A stretch of DNA of 40,810 nt from an uncultured bacterium (GTDB lineage: Bacteria > SAR324 > NAC60-12): positions 1-40,810 of the forward strand of contig CBFIJD010000030.1 of assembly GCA_965662845.1 (NCBI GenBank). The letters run 5' to 3'. Below, one piece after another: positions 36,938-40,810 of this stretch. Made by a program: the position numbers and the translations under genes. Under the pieces are notes generated by a model. That model did not search any database. It had not been told where the DNA came from and saw nothing but the letters and a program-made list of their open reading frames with translations. Within the stretch, counting starts at the first letter, position 1, and every line of letters starts with the position of its first letter.

Positions 36938-38029
36938 TTAGAGATCGGGAAGAATCGTTGTGAGGAACCAGTCGGCAATACGGTCTGCGCCGTTGGCAAG
37001 AGAGCGAGAGGGGCGGTCGCGTTGAGGACGCTGCGTCCAAGCCTCAACCCAGTCTCCCGCCAAGAACGCTCCCGCCTCGATACTCCGACCGGAGAGGCGC
37101 GTTTTGGCAAAGTGGACTAGCGTCGCCGATTCGCGAAAATCATCGCGGCCGGCAAAGAGACCATCCAACTCCGCGTGATATGCCTCTGCCAGCGTGCTGT
37201 ACCCCACTTTGCTGACGACGCCGTCGCACGCGCGGAGCAAATCAGGATGATAGACGCCAGAGTTCATGGGGAACCAACACAAATTTCCATCGTGCCGCCA
37301 CGCGGAGATCTCAGACGAGGGCAGCAGAAAGACCTCGTCTGTCGCGCGCAGTTTCTCCACAAACGGCAGCGTGGCGCCCAAGCCGCCCATCGTCACGAGC
37401 GTCAGGCGAGCGGCCTCCGGCAAGCCTAAGCGCTGCCTGAGGAGGAGCGGATCTTCGCGAAAGGGGCGCGCGATCGGAGGAACGGCGAGCGTCGCCTTGG
37501 CTGTGGGCGCACAGATTGGTTCCGCTTGGATGTGATAGGTGGCCTCGGCAAACCACGACGCACAACGCTCGGCGTGTTCCTGCAACGCGGGATTCTCGCC
37601 ATACGCGGCATAGATCCAATCCCACGTGAAGTTTTCCACCAAAATGGAGGGGAGGCCCGCGCGAGCAGCGGCTTGTATCCCCAAGGGGGCGATGTCGCAA
37701 AATACGGCGCGACACTGTGCTTGGTGCAGCGACTCGGCCAACGCAGGAATGGTTTGGGGAGAGTCGGCGAAAAAGTTGTGGAGCGTCTGCTCCGTCGCAG
37801 GCCAATCAATGTCTAGGGCGGAGCGCTGGACGAGGCCAACATCGGTCACCACAGGGTGCCAGGTGAACCGGTCGGGAGGCAGCGATTGCTCGAAGAACCA
37901 AGCGGGAGTGGTCGTGAAGATGTGGAACTGCACGTCGAGGCGTTGTGTGAACGCTTGCATCACCGCACAGGCTCGCGCCGCGTGGCCGAACCCGTGAGGA
38001 CTGACAAAATAGGCGAGGGAGAGAGGCAC
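36938..38029 (-). CDS. GT-B fold glycosyltransferase-like protein (GT28 / L-arabinokinase N-domain-like)
   Basis: SPHGFGHAAR, DVGLVQ, NFTWDWIY, VTMGG, VSKVGYSTLAEA, NGADRIA; GTG start. Confidence 0.75.
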   Translation of the reverse strand: MPLSLAYFVSPHGFGHAARACAVMQAFTQRLDVQFHIFTTTPAWFFEQSLPPDRFTWHPVVTDVGLVQRSALDIDWPATEQTLHNFFADSPQTIPALAESLHQAQCRAVFCDIAPLGIQAAARAGLPSILVENFTWDWIYAAYGENPALQEHAERCASWFAEATYHIQAEPICAPTAKATLAVPPIARPFREDPLLLRQRLGLPEAARLTLVTMGGLGATLPFVEKLRATDEVFLLPSSEISAWRHDGNLCWFPMNSGVYHPDLLRACDGVVSKVGYSTLAEAYHAELDGLFAGRDDFRESATLVHFAKTRLSGRSIEAGAFLAGDWVEAWTQRPQRDRPSRSLANGADRIADWFLTTILPDL

Positions 38030-38042
38030 GCTACAGTCGAGT

Positions 38043-40022
38043 TTAGTGAGAGGCGGTTCGCAAGCGCTCCATCGCTTCGGAGAGCTGCTGCGCGTTTTGT
38101 GAGGCGAAGCGGGCGAGATCCGTCATGGTGCGCGAGAGATCCTGGGACGCCTCTGCGTTACTGCGGGCGCTCGTTTCCACTTGCCGAAAGGAATCAGCGA
38201 TGTGGTTCATCGCGGCGCGGTTCTCTGAGATCGAGTTGGTGATCGCGATCAGGTGGCTCTCGGTGTTGGCGCTGACGGTGTGCACGTGCTGGATGTTCTC
38301 GGTCACTTGCGTGGCCATCACTTGCGTGTTCTTAGCTTCGGTCAGCGCTTCTTGCGTAATCCGCCCAATCTCTTGAATCGCTTGAGTAGTGTCGTTGGCG
38401 AGTTTGCTCACGTCATCCGCCACCACTGAGAAGCCTCGTCCGTGTTCTCCGGCGCTGGCGGCCTCAATCGCTGCGTTGATGGCGAGCATCTTCGTTTGTT
38501 GGGCGATGTCACTGATCACGTTCATGATGTCTTGGATCTTGTGGCTGCGCTCTAGGTTCGCGTTGGCGGCTTGCAGCATCTCGTTCACTTCTGTGGCGCT
38601 GCGTTCGACCATCTCACGGGCCTGCTTGGCTTCTTCGCGGATTTGCTCGGCGTTCGTGTCAATTTCCTGCATGGAAGAAGACGTCTGGTCGATGAGCGTG
38701 AAGACCTCCTCAATGCCTTGGCGCTGCGAGCTGGCGTTAGAAGAGATGGTGTCCAAGTTGCGGGTGGAGTCGCCTAGATTGGTGGACAAGTTGTGAGAGC
38801 CGTGCACCACCTCTGCGCCTGTGGTGCTCAACATCTCATGAATTTGCTGCTGTTCGCTGATGCGACCTTTGAAAAACTCCACGGCTTGGGCCATCTGCCC
38901 GACTTCGTCTTTGCGGCGCAGACCTGGGATGTTGACACGAATGTTTCCACGGGCCAGTTGCTCCATCACTTGTGAAAGCTCGTTGATCGGCGAGGTGAGA
39001 GAGTAAGCGACGGTCGCCAACACGACGATCAGCAACACAATCATCACGGCAATCGCGAGCAGCATCCCGCTCTCCATGTCGCTGATGTTGCTCTGGAACT
39101 CCGAAATGTCGCGGCTCACCAGCATCACCGCGCGCTGTTGCTGCTGGTAGTCTGAGATCGGAAAAGCGAACAGGGCTCGCTGCCCTTGTACGAGCGGCCC
39201 CGCAAGCCCCGTCTTGCCTTGCTCAAGCAGCTCCTCTGGCACGTTGCTCCGGAGAGCGTCGTTGGAAGCGCTCACAAAGACAAAATTTTCTCCGACGGGA
39301 GGATGCTTCTCTGGGTTGGCCTCAATGCGTTTGGCGATGTTGACAAACTCACGATTGAGGTACACCGCAAAATCCCGCCCTTCCGCTTGCAAGACCTCAA
39401 TCACCTGATTGAACACCGAATAGACTTCAAGAGTGCCCAGCCTCTGATTGTTGCTGTCAAAGATCGGGACAATGCCACGCACCACCATGCCGCCACGGCC
39501 CAGCTCCATGCCTGTGACACGAGGATAGCGTCCGGCATTGACGTCGACCACCGTCTGACGAAAGCCAGAGAGGTCGTCAGAGAGGTCGCGCCCGTCAAGC
39601 GTTTGGTTTTTGCGCCAGACCCGTAGAAAGCTGCGGTTATTCGGCAAGTGGAAGTGCAGAAAGTATTCGCTGGTGCCTAGGTGTTTTTCAGAGCCCGTGA
39701 TGATCGAGCGCGACCACACGCGGAGCTGTTCGCGCGCTTGCTGAACGGTTGGGTCGTTCGGGTCGTCAATGTTGCCCGTCAACGCTTGACGATAGGCGCT
39801 CAAGACGGCCTCTTGATCCACAAAGACCACCGCTTTCTCTAAATTGTAGCGCGTGATCAGATCCAATGTATTGAGCACGTTTTGCTGCAAACTCTGGGCG
39901 TCTAAACGGACTTGGTTCTGCTGCAGGCGACTCAGCTCGGCCTCTAGGTAGAGAAAGAACCCTCCGAGGCTAAAAAAGACTGACAAGATCGCAGGTAAAA
40001 TCAGTTTGTACTTCAGGGGCAT
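38043..40022 (-). CDS. Methyl-accepting chemotaxis protein (TM-Cache-type sensor-TM-HAMP-MA)
   Basis: [22 protein letters not shown] and GMELGRGG (Cache-like); [13 protein letters not shown]; tip [18 protein letters not shown]. Confidence 0.9.
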   Translation of the reverse strand: MPLKYKLILPAILSVFFSLGGFFLYLEAELSRLQQNQVRLDAQSLQQNVLNTLDLITRYNLEKAVVFVDQEAVLSAYRQALTGNIDDPNDPTVQQAREQLRVWSRSIITGSEKHLGTSEYFLHFHLPNNRSFLRVWRKNQTLDGRDLSDDLSGFRQTVVDVNAGRYPRVTGMELGRGGMVVRGIVPIFDSNNQRLGTLEVYSVFNQVIEVLQAEGRDFAVYLNREFVNIAKRIEANPEKHPPVGENFVFVSASNDALRSNVPEELLEQGKTGLAGPLVQGQRALFAFPISDYQQQQRAVMLVSRDISEFQSNISDMESGMLLAIAVMIVLLIVVLATVAYSLTSPINELSQVMEQLARGNIRVNIPGLRRKDEVGQMAQAVEFFKGRISEQQQIHEMLSTTGAEVVHGSHNLSTNLGDSTRNLDTISSNASSQRQGIEEVFTLIDQTSSSMQEIDTNAEQIREEAKQAREMVERSATEVNEMLQAANANLERSHKIQDIMNVISDIAQQTKMLAINAAIEAASAGEHGRGFSVVADDVSKLANDTTQAIQEIGRITQEALTEAKNTQVMATQVTENIQHVHTVSANTESHLIAITNSISENRAAMNHIADSFRQVETSARSNAEASQDLSRTMTDLARFASQNAQQLSEAMERLRTASH

Positions 40023-40244
40023 ATTCCTCTTGGAGATGAGACTGGGTTCGAGCAGGGGCGCGAGTATGCACCAGAGATGACGCCGTGTCTGCTACCACTA
40101 AACCGACAATTTAGCAATGTGGCGTCGATTAGAGGTGCAAAAAAAGGAGAAGCTAGCAGACTCTTCGTGAAGAGTCCTTCCTGAATATTCTAATATGCGA
40201 ATAGAAAGTCCAGCTCTTGCCCGGCCAACGGTTCTCCCCAAAGC

Positions 40245-40470
40245 GCAATCTCCGATTACCCAAGCGTCGAAATCGATCCATTTGTCGTCACGCCCAACCA
40301 TTTTCATGGAATCGTGGTCATCGTAGGGGTCGGTCTCCGTGCCTGCCCTGCTTCTGGGAAGACACAATCCGAGAAAAACGGGAAAACACAGAGGGTTGCC
40401 CCTAAGGGCTATTCATTGTCGAGCGTGGTGCCTCCGCTCAAAACCATGACCACAAAAGAATATGTGGAGT
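40245..40470 (+). pseudogene. Fragment of a REP-associated tyrosine transposase (RAYT, IS200/IS605 Y1 HUH family)
   Basis: The frame of ORF 40314 extends upstream to read ISDYPSVEIDPFVVTPNHFHGIVVIVG...SLSSVVPPLKTMTTKEY, which includes the HUH motif PNHFHG. No N-terminus and no C-terminal catalytic YIxxNP. Confidence 0.75.
40323..40405. repeat. Pair of inverted GTAG-family REP-like palindromes inside the RAYT fragment
   Basis: GTAGGGGTCGGTCTCCGTGCCTGCCC at 40323-40348 and GGGAAAACACAGAGGGTTGCCCCTAA at 40380-40405 (reverse; GTAG degenerated to TTAG). Confidence 0.6.
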
Positions 40471-40612
40471 TTCAGCTACGTGAGACGACATCGGTTCTTT
40501 GCCGTCGCGCAGAGAAGGCGTGTCCCTGAGAAGAGGGGGGAGGCTGCAAAGACAACAGACCCTCGTGGGGGCGACCGCAGTTGGCAAGCTGAGAGGAGGG
40601 GAAAGCGCGGAG

Positions 40613-40699
40613 TGCCCGGAGCCGGGATCGAACCGGCACGCTGGGGCTACCAGCGCAGGATTTTAAGTCCTGTGCGTCTACCAGTTCCGCCATCCGGGC
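40613..40699 (-). tRNA. tRNA-Leu(TAA), CCA not encoded
   Basis: Acceptor GCCCGGA/TCCGGGC; D-loop GG; anticodon arm CAGGA-CTTAAAA-TCCTG; long variable arm; GGTTCGATCC T-arm. Confidence 0.96.
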
Positions 40700-40743
40700 A
40701 AATGCAGAGACGTTTGTGCGGGGGAGTTCGCGGGGGGATCATC

Positions 40744-40810
40744 TGGAGGTGACGAGCGGACTCGAACCGCTATAGTACTGATTTGCAATCTGCTGCCTCA
40801 CCATTCAGCC
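40744..40810 (-). tRNA. tRNA-Cys(GCA), 5' end beyond the window edge
   Basis: Minus strand ...GGCTGAATGGTGAGGCAGCAGA-TTGCAAA-TCAGT...AGCGG-TTCGAGT-CCGCT-CGTCACC-T-CCA, with a U73 discriminator. Confidence 0.92.

Noticed and set aside
40472..40752. ORFs 40472..40693 and 40462..40752
   Set aside because: They are translations across the tRNA-Leu gene.

Overview
Gene-dense, GC-rich bacterial chromosomal segment. The gene content and style suggest a deltaproteobacterial-type lineage such as SAR324, but that is inference only. About 33 intact CDSs, mostly housekeeping and transport: rlmI; a PAP2 phosphatase plus a hypothetical membrane protein; phoB-phoR; a PIG3-type quinone oxidoreductase; a five-gene Liv-type ABC importer with a Tat-exported binding protein; znuACB divergent from zrgA, with the rest of the zrg module inverted behind an RRM protein gene; Fe3+ ABC binding protein and permease; leuC-leuD-DUF6489-dppB/C-like permeases; an ArnT-like glycosyltransferase; topA; an orphan FtsX-type permease; and an MCP-glycosyltransferase-MscS-like operon. 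The left edge is AT-richer and accessory-looking, with a truncated aspartyl-protease-like remnant and a frameshifted DUF3782 nuclease-fold gene. The right edge has a REP-associated tyrosine transposase (RAYT) remnant, tRNA-Leu(TAA) and a partial tRNA-Cys(GCA). No CRISPR array, prophage, rRNA or intact IS was seen, and no complete novel system can be demonstrated from sequence alone. The best leads are the repeat-associated DUF3782 frameshift with an in-frame slippery heptamer, the split and inverted zrg zinc module with two His-coding tandem repeats, two structured 5' leaders, a helical insertion in the ArnT-like protein, and an MCP with a non-consensus signalling tip. All family assignments come from motif recognition, not database searches.
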